A stretch of 32,000 nt of DNA from NCBI RefSeq assembly GCF_000010065.1, contig NC_006576.1, positions 2,010,001 through 2,042,000 of the forward strand, in the 5' to 3' direction. Of this stretch, positions 10,049 to 20,609 are shown one piece after another; positions within the stretch are counted from its first letter, which is position 1; every line of letters starts with the position of its first letter. The position numbers and the translations under genes were made by a program. Below the pieces are notes generated by a model. It saw only the letters and a program-made list of their open reading frames with translations, was not told the DNA's origin and made no database searches. The DNA is from Synechococcus elongatus PCC 6301. GTDB taxonomy: Bacteria > Cyanobacteriota > Cyanobacteriia > Synechococcales > Synechococcaceae.

Positions 10049-10324
10049 ATGGCTCGCTCACTCAAAAAAGGTCCTTTTGTCGCAGACCATCTGCTGCGCA
10101 AAGTCGAAAAACTGAATGCCAAAGGCGACAAGCAAGTCATCAAGACTTGGTCGCGCGCCTCAACCATTCTTCCGCAGATGATCGGTCACACCATTGCGGT
10201 GCACAACGGTCGTCAACATGTGCCGGTCTACGTGACCGAGCAGATGGTGGGTCACAAGCTGGGTGAATTCGCCCCGACCCGCACCTTCCGCGGTCATACC
10301 AAGGATAAGAAAGCCGGTCGTTGA
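10049..10324 (+). CDS. rpsS: 30S ribosomal protein S19
   Basis: [23 protein letters not shown]...[11 protein letters not shown]. Confidence 0.98.
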   Translation: MARSLKKGPFVADHLLRKVEKLNAKGDKQVIKTWSRASTILPQMIGHTIAVHNGRQHVPVYVTEQMVGHKLGEFAPTRTFRGHTKDKKAGR

Positions 10325-10342
10325 GATTTCTGAGATAGATCC

Positions 10343-10696
10343 ATGGCTGTAGATACTGCAAACGAAGTCAAGGCGATCGCCCGCTATATCCGTATGTCAC
10401 CCAGTAAGGTGCGTCGGGTGCTCGATCAGCTGCGCGGACGTTCGTACCGCGAGGCGCTGATCTTGCTGGAGTTCATGCCTTACAAGTCCTGCGAACCGAT
10501 CCTGAAGGTTCTGCGATCGGCGGTTGCCAACGCAGAGCACAATCAGGGTCTTGATCCCACCCAGTTGGTGATCAGTCAGGCCTACGCTGACATGGGCCCG
10601 TCCCTGAAGCGTTTCCGGCCTCGGGCACAAGGTCGTGCTTACCAAATCCGCAAGCAGACCTGTCACATCACGATCGCTGTGGCCCCGCAAGTCTAG
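10343..10696 (+). CDS. rplV: 50S ribosomal protein L22
   Basis: 117 aa; [25 protein letters not shown]...[22 protein letters not shown]. Confidence 0.97.
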   Translation: MAVDTANEVKAIARYIRMSPSKVRRVLDQLRGRSYREALILLEFMPYKSCEPILKVLRSAVANAEHNQGLDPTQLVISQAYADMGPSLKRFRPRAQGRAYQIRKQTCHITIAVAPQV

Positions 10697-10720
10697 GACG
10701 CGAACAGAGAGGGAATACCT

Positions 10721-11455
10721 GTGGGACAGAAAATTAATCCAGTCGGATTCCGCCTCGGCGTCACCCAAGAGCACCGCTCCCGTTGGTTCGCCGACCCCAA
10801 TCGTTATCCGCAACTGCTGCAAGAAGATAAAAAAATCCGCGACTACGTTCGCAAAAACCTGAGCAATGCTGGCATTGCCGACATTCGGGTTGAACGGAAA
10901 GCCGATCAAGTTGAGCTGGAAATTCGTACGGCTCGTCCTGGCGTGGTCGTTGGTCGTGGTGGCGCTGGGATTGACACCCTGCGTGAGGGTCTGCAAGCAC
11001 TGCTGAAAGACTCCAGTCGCCAAATTCGCATCAACGTCATCGAAGTTGAGCGGGTTGATGCCGATGCAGCCTTGCTTGGTGAGTACATCGCTCAACAGCT
11101 CGAGCGTCGGGTTGCTTTCCGCCGCTGTGTGCGTCAAGCCATTCAACGGGCTCAGCGCGCTGGCGTTCAAGGCATCAAGATTCAAGTGGCTGGCCGCTTG
11201 AATGGAGCAGAAATTGCTCGGACCGAGTGGACGCGTGAAGGTCGAGTGCCGCTGCATACGCTGCGAGCTGACATCGACTACGCCTACACCACGGCCACCA
11301 CGACCTACGGGATCTTGGGGATTAAGGTTTGGGTCTTCCGGGGTGAAATTATCCCTGGCCAAGAAGACGCAGCCCCCAGTAATGTCGGTCAGCCGCGTCG
11401 TCGCAATCAACAGCGCCGTCGCCAGCAGTTTGAAGATCGCTCTAACGAAGGTTAA
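10721..11455 (+). CDS. rpsC: 30S ribosomal protein S3
   Basis: [23 protein letters not shown]..., [26 protein letters not shown] start. Confidence 0.98.
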
Positions 11456-11463
11456 GAGCCACC

Positions 11464-11892
11464 ATGCTCAGTCCACGTCGTACCAAATTCCGGAAGCAGC
11501 AACGTGGCCGCATGACCGGCAAAGCGACGCGCGGGAATACTCTCGCCTTCGGTAACTTCGGTCTGCAGGCGCTGGAATGCTCCTGGATCACGGCTCGCCA
11601 AATTGAGGCTAGCCGTCGTGCCATGACCCGCTACACCCGTCGGGGCGGCAAAATCTGGATTCGGATTTTCCCCGATAAGCCGATCACGATGCGCCCTGCA
11701 GAAACCCGGATGGGTTCTGGTAAAGGGAACCCGGAATTCTGGGTTGCAGTGGTTAAACCGGGCCGCGTCCTCTTTGAAATCGGGGGCGAGGTCGCTGAAG
11801 AGACGGCTCGTGAAGCAATGCGTCTGGCTTCGCACAAACTGCCGATCAAAACCAAGTTCATCACTCGCGATAGCGAAGCTCAGGAGGCGTAG
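11464..11892 (+). CDS. rplP: 50S ribosomal protein L16
   Basis: [17 protein letters not shown]...[32 protein letters not shown]. Confidence 0.98.
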   Translation: MLSPRRTKFRKQQRGRMTGKATRGNTLAFGNFGLQALECSWITARQIEASRRAMTRYTRRGGKIWIRIFPDKPITMRPAETRMGSGKGNPEFWVAVVKPGRVLFEIGGEVAEETAREAMRLASHKLPIKTKFITRDSEAQEA

Positions 11893-11894
11893 AG

Positions 11895-12089
11895 ATGGCT
11901 CTGCCGAAGATTGAGGACGTGCGGAATCTCAGTGACGCCGACCTTGCTGAAAAGATTGCCGAAGCCAAACGGGAACTGTTTGATCTCCGTTTTCAACGGG
12001 CCACCCGGCAGCTTGAAAAGCCCCATCTTTTCAAACACACCAAACATCGTCTGGCTCAGCTGCTCACCGTTGAACGTGAGCGCCAATAG
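11895..12089 (+). CDS. rpmC: 50S ribosomal protein L29
   Basis: 64 aa; ELFDLRFQRATRQLEKPHLFKHTKHRLAQLLTVERER. Confidence 0.95.
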   Translation: MALPKIEDVRNLSDADLAEKIAEAKRELFDLRFQRATRQLEKPHLFKHTKHRLAQLLTVERERQ

Positions 12090-12123
12090 GGTCGGAATCA
12101 TCTAAGCGAGAGTTCAGGTTGCT

Positions 12124-12372
12124 ATGGCAGTCAAAGAACGCGTGGGCGTCGTCGTTAGCGACAAGATGGATAAAACCGTCGTCGTCGCGATCGAAGACCG
12201 TACTGCCCACCCCAAGTACGGAAAGATCGTTGTTCGGACGAAGCGCTACAAGGCGCATGATGAGGACAATCGCGCCAAAACTGGCGATCGCGTCCGCATT
12301 CAGGAAACCCGTCCGCTGAGCCGCACCAAGCGCTGGACTGTGGCTGAGATTCTCGAAAGCGTCGGTGCCTGA
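12124..12372 (+). CDS. rpsQ: 30S ribosomal protein S17
   Basis: [47 protein letters not shown]. Confidence 0.97.
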   Translation: MAVKERVGVVVSDKMDKTVVVAIEDRTAHPKYGKIVVRTKRYKAHDEDNRAKTGDRVRIQETRPLSRTKRWTVAEILESVGA

Positions 12373-12383
12373 GGAAGCCATCC

Positions 12384-12749
12384 ATGATTCAGCAGGAAAC
12401 CTATCTCAACGTTGCCGATAACAGTGGCGCTCGGAAGCTAATGTGCATCCGCGTTCTGGGCAGCAACCGCCGCTATGCTGGCGTCGGCGATGTGATCATT
12501 GCCGTCGTTAAGGATGCGCTGCCCAACATGCCGGTTAAAAAATCGGACGTGGTGCGGGCCGTGGTTGTGCGGACCAAAAAAAGCTTGCGTCGCGATAGCG
12601 GCAATGTCATCCGTTTCGATGACAACGCAGCAGTGATCATCAACGCTGATGGCAACCCTCGCGGTACGCGGGTCTTTGGACCTGTGGCTCGGGAGTTGCG
12701 CGATCGCAACTTCACCAAAATTGTTTCGCTTGCTCCGGAGGTGATCTAA
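12384..12749 (+). CDS. rplN: 50S ribosomal protein L14
   Basis: [26 protein letters not shown]...[18 protein letters not shown]. Confidence 0.98.
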   Translation: MIQQETYLNVADNSGARKLMCIRVLGSNRRYAGVGDVIIAVVKDALPNMPVKKSDVVRAVVVRTKKSLRRDSGNVIRFDDNAAVIINADGNPRGTRVFGPVARELRDRNFTKIVSLAPEVI

Positions 12750-13090
12750 TGGCTGCTCAGAAGCCAGTTCGCCACAGCGTTCACGTCAAAAAAGGTGACA
12801 CCGTTCAGGTGATTGCCGGCAAAGACAAAGGCACCGTGGGCGAAGTGCTGCAGGTTTTCCCGAAAACCAGCCGTGTGTTGGTCAAAGGTGTCAACCTTCG
12901 CACCAAACACGTCAAGCCTCGCCAAGAAGGGGAGTCTGGACAAATCGTGGTTGAGGAAGCCTCGATTCATAGCTCCAATGTGCAGCTCTATTCCACTACC
13001 CAAAAAGTGGCGAGCCGAGTTGCCTACACCTTTACGGAAGACGGTCGGAAAGTGCGCAAGCTCAAAAAGACCGGCGAAATCATCGACTGA
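12749..13090 (+). CDS. rplX: 50S ribosomal protein L24
   Basis: [45 protein letters not shown]; start overlaps rplN stop (TAATG). Confidence 0.97.
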   Translation: MAAQKPVRHSVHVKKGDTVQVIAGKDKGTVGEVLQVFPKTSRVLVKGVNLRTKHVKPRQEGESGQIVVEEASIHSSNVQLYSTTQKVASRVAYTFTEDGRKVRKLKKTGEIID

Positions 13091-13132
13091 TTCCCCAGTC
13101 CCTGACCCAGCCCAGGGAAATGAGAGTTTTCT

Positions 13133-13672
13133 ATGTCCCTCAAAACCAAGTACCGAGACATCATCGTTCCGAAATTGATGAAGGAGTTCGGCTACACGAA
13201 CATTCATCAAGTTCCCAAAGTTGTCAAAGTGACGATTAACCGAGGCCTGGGCGAAGGAGCTCAGAATGCCAAGGCGTTAGAGTCCTCCCTCGCTGAAATT
13301 GCCAAGATCGCTGGTCAAAAGCCAGTCGTGACCCGGGCGAAAAAAGCGATCGCAGGCTTCAAGATTCGTGCTGGCATGCCCGTCGGCCTGATGGTGACCC
13401 TGCGGGGCGATCGCCGTGACGCGTTCCTCGAACGGCTGATCAACCTGTCCTTGCCGCGAATTCGTGACTTTCGTGGCATCAGCCCCCGCAGCTTTGATGG
13501 GCGTGGGAACTACACCCTTGGTCTGCGTGAGCAGCTGATCTTTCCCGAGATCACTTACGACAGCATCGACCAGATCCGTGGCATGGACATCACCATTGTC
13601 ACCAGTGCCAACAGCGACGAAGAAGGCCGTGCGCTGCTGCGTGAGCTGGGCATGCCTTTCCGGGAGAACTAA
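13133..13672 (+). CDS. rplE: 50S ribosomal protein L5
   Basis: 179 aa; [39 protein letters not shown]...[27 protein letters not shown]. Confidence 0.98.
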   Translation: MSLKTKYRDIIVPKLMKEFGYTNIHQVPKVVKVTINRGLGEGAQNAKALESSLAEIAKIAGQKPVVTRAKKAIAGFKIRAGMPVGLMVTLRGDRRDAFLERLINLSLPRIRDFRGISPRSFDGRGNYTLGLREQLIFPEITYDSIDQIRGMDITIVTSANSDEEGRALLRELGMPFREN

Positions 13673-13699
13673 GAGGCACTTCCAAGCGAAGAGGAAATT

Positions 13700-14101
13700 A
13701 TGGCGGTCAACGATCCGATTGCAGATATGCTGACGCGCATCCGGAATGCCAGTGAAGCGCGCCACGCGACCACCGTGGTGCCCGCATCCCGGCTTGCTCG
13801 CAGCATTGCTGAAGTGCTCAAGCGCGAAGGCTTCATTGCCGACTTTGAAGAAAGCGGCGAAGGCGTCCAACGTCACCTTGTGCTGAGCCTGAAATACAAG
13901 GGTAAAAATCAGCAGCCCATCATCAAAGCCCTCAAGCGGGTCAGCAAGCCTGGCTTGCGAGTCTATTCCAACCGTCGTGACCTACCGCGCGTTTTGGGCG
14001 GTATTGGCATCGCGATTATCTCCACTTCCCAAGGCATCATGACGGACCGAGATGCGCGCCGTCAGGGAGTGGGTGGCGAAGTGCTCTGCTACGTCTGGTA
14101 G
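13700..14101 (+). CDS. rpsH: 30S ribosomal protein S8
   Basis: 133 aa; [19 protein letters not shown]...[49 protein letters not shown]. Confidence 0.98.
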   Translation: MAVNDPIADMLTRIRNASEARHATTVVPASRLARSIAEVLKREGFIADFEESGEGVQRHLVLSLKYKGKNQQPIIKALKRVSKPGLRVYSNRRDLPRVLGGIGIAIISTSQGIMTDRDARRQGVGGEVLCYVW

Positions 14102-14137
14102 TCGGCCGGTTGTCGGAGTCCCCACAGGAGTCGTCCA

Positions 14138-14677
14138 GTGTCTCGTATTGGTAAACGTCCCATCCCTATCCCCGCAAAGGTCAGTGTCGCGATCGACGGC
14201 CGTTTGGTGTCCGTAAAAGGCCCAAAAGGTGAACTCAGTCGTGAGCTGCCTAGCGGCGTTGTCGTGACCCAAGAAGACGGCAACATTATCGTGTCGCGCG
14301 CTGACGAATCGCGCCTTGCCCGCCAACGTCATGGTCTTAGCCGGACGCTGGTTGCCAACTTGGTTGAGGGCGTTGATTCAGGCTTCCAAAAGCGCTTGGA
14401 AATCATCGGCGTTGGCTATCGGGCCCAGGTTCAAGGCACCACTTTGATCCTGAACGTTGGCTACAGCAACCCCGTGCAAATTGAACCGCCGGAAGGTATT
14501 CAGTTTGTGGTCGAGAACAACACCAACGTGGTTGTTAGCGGCATCAGCAAGGAAGTCGTGGGTAACACGGCTGCCCGTATCCGCGCCGTACGGCCCCCCG
14601 AACCCTACAAGGGCAAAGGGATTCGCTATGCAGGCGAGGTCGTCCTCCGTAAGGCTGGCAAGACAGGTAAGAAGTGA
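14138..14677 (+). CDS. rplF: 50S ribosomal protein L6
   Basis: [33 protein letters not shown]...[14 protein letters not shown]; GTG start. Confidence 0.98.
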   Translation: MSRIGKRPIPIPAKVSVAIDGRLVSVKGPKGELSRELPSGVVVTQEDGNIIVSRADESRLARQRHGLSRTLVANLVEGVDSGFQKRLEIIGVGYRAQVQGTTLILNVGYSNPVQIEPPEGIQFVVENNTNVVVSGISKEVVGNTAARIRAVRPPEPYKGKGIRYAGEVVLRKAGKTGKK

Positions 14678-15039
14678 TGAAAGTAAGTCGTCGCGAATCC
14701 ACCCGTCGCAGACACCGCCGTGTTCGCCGCACGATTGTCGGCACGCCGGCTCGTCCGCGTCTCTCGGTATTTCGCTCCAACAACCACATTTACGCGCAAG
14801 TGATCGACGATGCTGCAGGCCACACCCTGGCAGCAGCATCCAGTCTCGATCCCGATCTGCGCCAATCATTGACGTCTGGTGGCAACCAGCAAGCTTCGGC
14901 AGCCGTAGGCAAATTAATTGCCGAACGGGCTCAAGCCAAGGGCGTTACGACTGTCGTGTTCGATCGCGGCGGCAACCTTTACCATGGTCGCGTCAAGGCT
15001 TTGGCCGAAGCGGCTCGCGAAGCTGGACTGGAGTTCTAG
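14674..15039 (+). CDS. rplR: 50S ribosomal protein L18
   Basis: [44 protein letters not shown]...[26 protein letters not shown]; 4-bp overlap with rplF. Confidence 0.97.
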   Translation: MMKVSRRESTRRRHRRVRRTIVGTPARPRLSVFRSNNHIYAQVIDDAAGHTLAAASSLDPDLRQSLTSGGNQQASAAVGKLIAERAQAKGVTTVVFDRGGNLYHGRVKALAEAAREAGLEF

Positions 15040-15042
15040 GTG

Positions 15043-15585
15043 ATGGCTGAAGAGAAAGACAAGAAGCAGTCTTCCCGTCGGCGCAACAATCGTCGCACCG
15101 AGAAGGAAAGTGAGTGGCAAGAGCGGGTGGTTCAAATCCGTCGCGTCACCAAAGTGGTTAAGGGCGGTAAAAAGCTCAGCTTCCGAGCGATCGTGATCGT
15201 CGGTAACGAACGTGGCCAAGTCGGTGTTGGCGTTGGCAAAGCCAGCGATGTGATTGGTGCGGTGCGCAAAGGTGTGGCCGATGGCAAAAAGCATCTCGTC
15301 AATGTGCCGTTGACCCGCGATCAATCTATCCCTCACCCCAGCACAGGTGAAGGTGGCGCAGCTCAAGTTCTGATCCGTCCTGCTGCTCCTGGTACCGGTG
15401 TAATTGCCGGTGGTGCAGTCCGGACTGTTCTAGAGCTCGCTGGCGTCAAAAACGTGTTGGCGAAGCGCTTGGGTTCCAAGAGCCCGCTCAACAATGCGCG
15501 TGCTGCTCTGGAAGCCCTCTCCAGCCTGCGGACCTTCCAAGAGGTTGCTCAGTCCCGCGACATTCCGGTCGAGCAACTGTACTAG
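15043..15585 (+). CDS. rpsE: 30S ribosomal protein S5
   Basis: [46 protein letters not shown]; ATG 15043 (or GTG 15040). Confidence 0.97.
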
Positions 15586-15622
15586 GTCGTTTTCTTTGCT
15601 CTTGGTTTCAAGGTGATGGTTC

Positions 15623-16066
15623 ATGAAACTCGATAATCTCGCTCCGCAACCGGGAGCGAAAAAGCGTAAGCGCCGAGTGGGTCGGGGCATTGCCGCTGGC
15701 CAAGGCGCAAGCTGCGGTTTCGGTATGCGCGGTCAAAAGTCGCGATCGGGTCGTCCGACTCGACCGGGCTTTGAGGGGGGGCAAATGCCCCTCTACCGCC
15801 GCGTTCCCAAGCTGAAGCACTTCCCGCTAATCAACCGCAAGTTCTATACGGTGGTCAATGTGGGTGCTCTGGCCGGTTTGGCGGCTGGAACTGAAGTGAC
15901 ACTTGAGAGCTTGATGGCTGTAGGAATTGTCACTCAGAATGACGGTCCTCTCAAAATCCTAGGCGACGGTGAACTGTCGGTGAGTCTGTCGGTGTCGGCT
16001 GCTGCATTTACGGCGACGGCACAACAGAAAATTGAAGCAGCAGGCGGTAGCATCGCGCTGGTCTAG
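15623..16066 (+). CDS. rplO: 50S ribosomal protein L15
   Basis: [43 protein letters not shown]...[14 protein letters not shown]. Confidence 0.97.
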   Translation: MKLDNLAPQPGAKKRKRRVGRGIAAGQGASCGFGMRGQKSRSGRPTRPGFEGGQMPLYRRVPKLKHFPLINRKFYTVVNVGALAGLAAGTEVTLESLMAVGIVTQNDGPLKILGDGELSVSLSVSAAAFTATAQQKIEAAGGSIALV

Positions 16067-16187
16067 ATCAGCGATCGCAGGTTCCGTTGCCAAAAGCCAA
16101 TGCTGAATGGGGGCAGACACCTGCCCCTCTTCCGTTGTTTAAGCTGGCTTTAGCTCGGGGCCTAGATGTCCCCTTTGGAGTATTGCT

Positions 16188-17507
16188 ATGGTCGTCAGTC
16201 GCGGGAAGACCCCAAACGCCCAAGAAACTTTTTTACAGATGGCCCAAGCCTCGGGACTGAGGGGGCGCATTCTGATCACGGTCGGCCTGTTAATCCTGTG
16301 TCGACTGGGCATTTTTATTCCGGTTCCCGGCATTGATCGAGTTGCCTTTAGCAACGATCTGCAGGGCAATGCAAATCTCGGCGGCGTGATTGGCTTTCTC
16401 GATATTTTTTCGGGGGGTGGTCTGTCCGCTTTGGGCGTTTTTGCCCTTGGGATTTTGCCCTACATTAATGCCTCGATCATTTTGCAGTTGCTAACTGCCG
16501 CTGTGCCGGCTCTCGAAGACCTGCAAAAAAATGAAGGTGAGGCAGGCCGCCGCAAGATCGCGCAGTTAACCCGCTACGTCTCCCTCGGCTGGGCCTTGCT
16601 CCAGAGTATTGTTATCGCCGTATGGGTGACCCGCTACGCCGTCACACCCGGACCCCTGTTCACCATTCAGACGGCTTTGGCCTTGGTGGCCGGCTCCATG
16701 TTTGTGATGTGGATCAGTGAGTTGATCACTGAGCGTGGCATTGGCAATGGGGCATCACTGCTGATCTTTCTCAACATTGTTGCGACCTTGCCGCGATCGC
16801 TGCAGCAGACCTTAGAGCTCGCCCAGAGCGGTGATCGCAGCACTGTGGGTGGGATTGTCATCCTGCTGATCGTCTTCTTGGCCACGATTGTTGGCATCGT
16901 CTTCGTCCAAGAGGGGACGCGGCGGATTCCGGTCGTCTCGGCTCGTCGGCAAGTTGGGAATCGCGTCTACAGCGAGCGCAGTAGCTATCTGCCGCTGCGC
17001 CTCAACCAAGGTGGTGTGATGCCGATCATCTTTGCCTCGGCGATTTTGGTGCTGCCCTTCTCCTTGGCTAACTTCACCAGTAACGAAGTTGTGCTGCGGA
17101 TTGCTAACTACCTCAGCCCCAATGGTCCGACCCCTTGGATTTACGCCCTTTTCTACCTTGTGTTGATTGTGGCGTTTAGCTATTTCTACTCCTCCTTGAT
17201 CCTCAACCCCGTCGACTTGGCTCAGAACCTCAAAAAAATGGGGTCGAGTATTCCTGGAGTGCGTCCTGGTCGAGCAACCAGCCAATACGTACAGGGAGTG
17301 CTCAACCGTCTGACAATCCTGGGGGCAGTGTTCCTGGGTTTGGTGGCCATCATCCCCACGGCTGTTGAAGGTGCGACTCGGATTCGGACTTTCCAAGGCT
17401 TTGGGGCAACCTCGCTGCTGATCCTGGTGGGTGTCGCGATCGATACCGCCAAGCAGGTGCAAACCTACGTGATCTCGCAGCGCTATGAAGGAATGGTGAA
17501 AGACTAG
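16188..17507 (+). CDS. secY: Preprotein translocase subunit SecY
   Basis: 439 aa, polytopic; [66 protein letters not shown]. Confidence 0.98.
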
Positions 17508-18067
17508 TGGCGCGACTGATTTTTCTGGGGCCGCCTGGGGCAGGTAAAGGGACACAAGCAGTTGTTGTCGCGGAACAGCTGCAATTGGCCCACATCTCGA
17601 CGGGTGAGCTTCTGCGGGCAGCTGTGACTGCTCAAACACCCCTAGGCATCGAAGCTAAAGGCTATATGGATCGTGGTGAGCTAGTCCCAGATTCACTAGT
17701 GCTTGGCCTCGTCCGCGATCGCCTTCAGCAACCTGATACGGCTAACGGCTGGATCTTGGATGGGTTTCCCCGTAACCGCAGTCAGGCGGAAGCCCTTAAC
17801 CTGTTGCTGACCGAGATCAATCAACAGGTTGATCGCGCCGTCAATCTCGATGTTCCCGATCCGGTAATCATCGAGCGTATGCTGGCTCGCGGCCGAGCAG
17901 ACGATACCGAATCAGTGATTCGGCGTCGGCTAGAGGTCTACCGCGAGCAAACTGCTCCGCTGATTGACTTCTTCCGCGATCGCCAGCAACTGTTAGCGAT
18001 CGATGGCAACTCAGAAGTGGCCGCAGTCACAGACCGTTTAGTCAGTGCCTTGCAGGTTGCTGCCTAA
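17507..18067 (+). CDS. adk: Adenylate kinase
   Basis: 186 aa; [40 protein letters not shown]; GTG start overlaps the secY TAG. Confidence 0.97.
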
Positions 18068-18140
18068 ACGAACCACCTCCCTACCCAGCCTTGTCGAACT
18101 GTGGTAGTATCAAAACTTTGGAGTCTTGCCGAATACTGGC

Positions 18141-18254
18141 ATGAAAGTAAGAGCTTCTGTTCGCAAAATCTGCGAAAAATGCCGCGTCATCAAACGTCGC
18201 GGTCGTGTGATGGTCATCTGTGCTAACCCCAAGCATAAGCAACGCCAAGGCTAG
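18141..18254 (+). CDS. rpmJ: 50S ribosomal protein L36
   Basis: Read by eye (below ORF-track length cutoff): [37 protein letters not shown], 37 aa with zinc-type CxxC...C...H. Confidence 0.97.
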   Translation: MKVRASVRKICEKCRVIKRRGRVMVICANPKHKQRQG

Positions 18255-18408
18255 GCGATCGCTCGCTCCCCGTTCGCGAGTGCCCTGCTGTTGGCTTCTG
18301 CTGTCGGAGCTTCAGACCAGACTATCCTCAGGCGATTCGCGCCTGTCAGCATCATCGAATTTTGCATTGTTTTACCTCACGAGTAGCCAAAGATAGGGAG
18401 TAGAGAGC

Positions 18409-18786
18409 GTGGCACGGATTGCTGGCGTGGATCTGCCCCGCGACAAGCGGGCTGAGATCGGCCTTACCTACATCTATGGAATTGGTCCTACCCGGGCCAA
18501 AGAAATTCTCGCCAAAACCGGCGTTAGCCCTGATACCCGCATCAAGGATCTCAACGATTCTGAAGTTGCGGCTCTGCGCCAAGTGGTCGAGAACGATTAC
18601 CAGGTCGAAGGCGATCTGCGCCGTTTGGAAGCCATGAGCATCAAGCGCCTCATGGATATTGGCACTGTTCGCGGTCGTCGCCATCGGGCTGGCTTGCCAG
18701 TGCGGGGTCAGCGGACTCGGACCAATGCTCGGACCCGCCGAGGTGCTCGTAAGACCGTCGCTGGTAAGAAGAAAGCGACCCGTTAA
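18409..18786 (+). CDS. rpsM: 30S ribosomal protein S13
   Basis: [38 protein letters not shown]...[18 protein letters not shown]; GTG start. Confidence 0.98.
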   Translation: MARIAGVDLPRDKRAEIGLTYIYGIGPTRAKEILAKTGVSPDTRIKDLNDSEVAALRQVVENDYQVEGDLRRLEAMSIKRLMDIGTVRGRRHRAGLPVRGQRTRTNARTRRGARKTVAGKKKATR

Positions 18787-18855
18787 GGTCTTTAATCGCT
18801 CTGCTGTTGAGCCTTGGGTTCATCAGCATTTTGTCTTGCTCAGACGAGGTTTACT

Positions 18856-19248
18856 ATGGCTCGACCCACTAAAAAATCGGGGCCCCGCAAACAGAAGCGC
18901 AACGTTCCTAGCGGTGTTGCCCACATCCAATCCACCTTCAATAACACGATCGTTTCGATCGCTGACCCCGCCGGTGAAGTCATCTCTTGGGCTTCCGCTG
19001 GTTCTAGCGGCTTCAAAGGCGCCAAAAAGGGGACTCCCTTTGCAGCACAAACTGCGGCTGAGGCTGCTGCCCGTCGGGCGATCGACCAAGGCATGCGCCA
19101 GCTCGAAGTGATGGTCAGTGGCCCAGGCTCGGGTCGTGAAACCGCCATCCGGGCGTTGCAAAGCGCTGGCCTAGAAATCACCCTGATTCGTGACGTCACG
19201 CCGATTCCTCACAACGGCTGCCGCCCGCCCAAACGTCGTCGCGTTTAG
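18856..19248 (+). CDS. rpsK: 30S ribosomal protein S11
   Basis: ATG 18856: [35 protein letters not shown]...[19 protein letters not shown]...[13 protein letters not shown]. The ORF track start at 18814 is too far upstream. Confidence 0.97.
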   Translation: MARPTKKSGPRKQKRNVPSGVAHIQSTFNNTIVSIADPAGEVISWASAGSSGFKGAKKGTPFAAQTAAEAAARRAIDQGMRQLEVMVSGPGSGRETAIRALQSAGLEITLIRDVTPIPHNGCRPPKRRRV

Positions 19249-19293
19249 ACCGCGATCGCTCCGTCTGCATTTCGAGATCCCCGAGGAACCCCT

Positions 19294-20223
19294 GTGACAT
19301 TTCAAGTCGAATGCGTCGAGAGCCGCACTGAAGCCGACCAAGGGCAATATGGCCGCTTTTCCATCGAGCCTCTCGCTCGTGGGCAAGGTACAACGGTTGG
19401 CAATGCGCTCCGGCGTGTGTTGCTCTCCAACCTAGAAGGAACAGCCGTCACAGCTGTCCGGATCGGTGGTGTCAACCACGAATTCGCAACCATCCCCGGC
19501 GTGCGGGAGGATGTCCTCGACATCTTGCTCAACGTCCGTGAGTTGGTGGTGCATGCCCACAGTCCTCAGCCCCAGATTGGTCGGCTGCGGGTGGTGGGTC
19601 CGGCAACTGTCACGGCTGCTGATGTTGACTTTGGCCCTGAAGTTGAAGTCATCAATCCCAATCACTACATCGCTTCGCTCTCTGAGGGTGCCACCCTCGA
19701 GATGGAGTTGAAAGTTGAGTGGGGCACGGGCTACCGCGCCATCGACCGCAGCCATGACGAAACGACTGCCCTAGACTTTCTGCAACTTGATGCTGTATTC
19801 ATGCCGGTGCGTCGGGTGAACTACAGCGTTGAAGATGCGCGCGTCGGGGAATCCACGGCCATCGACCGCCTCGTACTCGAGGTTTGGACCAATGGCAGTC
19901 TCTCGCCCCAGGAAGCACTGAGCCAAGCCGCCTCTTGTCTCGTCGCGCTGTTCGAGCCGTTGAAAAACGTCAGTGTTGGCAGTACCCACACCGCCGATCC
20001 TGAGCCCACGCCCGAAAGCCAAACGCCGATCGAAGATCTGCAGCTTTCGGTTCGGGCTTACAACTGCCTGAAGCGGGCGCAAGTGAACTCCGTTGCTGAC
20101 TTGCTGAGCTACACCTACGAAGATCTACTGGAGATCAAAAACTTCGGCCAGAAATCGGCTGAAGAGGTGGTCGAAGCTCTCGAGCGCATCGGCATTAAGC
20201 TCCAGGAATCGAAAGTTTCCTGA
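19294..20223 (+). CDS. rpoA: DNA-directed RNA polymerase subunit alpha
   Basis: 309 aa; [30 protein letters not shown]; C-terminal domain [23 protein letters not shown]. Confidence 0.98.
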
Positions 20224-20258
20224 GTCTGTCCGTTTGTTTTGCGAACACGGTTTCTCCC

Positions 20259-20609
20259 ATGCGTCATCGTTGTAATGTTCCACAGCTGGGTCGCCCAGCT
20301 GACCAGCGCAAGGCTCTGTTGCGCTCTCTGACCACCGAAATTATTCGGAATGGTACGGTTACGACCACCAAAGCTCGTGCCAAAGCCGTGCGTTCTGAAG
20401 TGGAGCGGATGGTGACCCTCGCCAAAGATGGCAGCCTAGCCGCTCGGCGTCAGGCCTTGGGTTACATCTACGACAAACAGCTGGTTCACTTGCTGTTTGA
20501 GCAGGCTCCCGAGCGCTACGCAAAACGTCAAGGTGGCTACACCCGCATCTTGCGGACTGTCCGCCGCCGTGGCGACAATGCAGAAATGGCCATCATTGAG
20601 TTGACTTAG
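20259..20609 (+). CDS. rplQ: 50S ribosomal protein L17
   Basis: [42 protein letters not shown]. Confidence 0.98.
   Translation: MRHRCNVPQLGRPADQRKALLRSLTTEIIRNGTVTTTKARAKAVRSEVERMVTLAKDGSLAARRQALGYIYDKQLVHLLFEQAPERYAKRQGGYTRILRTVRRRGDNAEMAIIELT

Noticed and set aside
10397-11410. 337-aa reverse-strand ORF antisense to rplV-rpsC
   Set aside because: Composition is a shadow of the r-protein genes on the other strand; no recognisable domain; both sense genes are unambiguous.
16812-17639. 275-aa reverse-strand ORF over secY-adk
   Set aside because: Antisense shadow; His/Arg/Gln-rich low-complexity translation.
18814-18855. N-terminal extension of S11 in the ORF track ([14 protein letters not shown])
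   Set aside because: Not S11-like; the conserved protein begins at ATG 18856.
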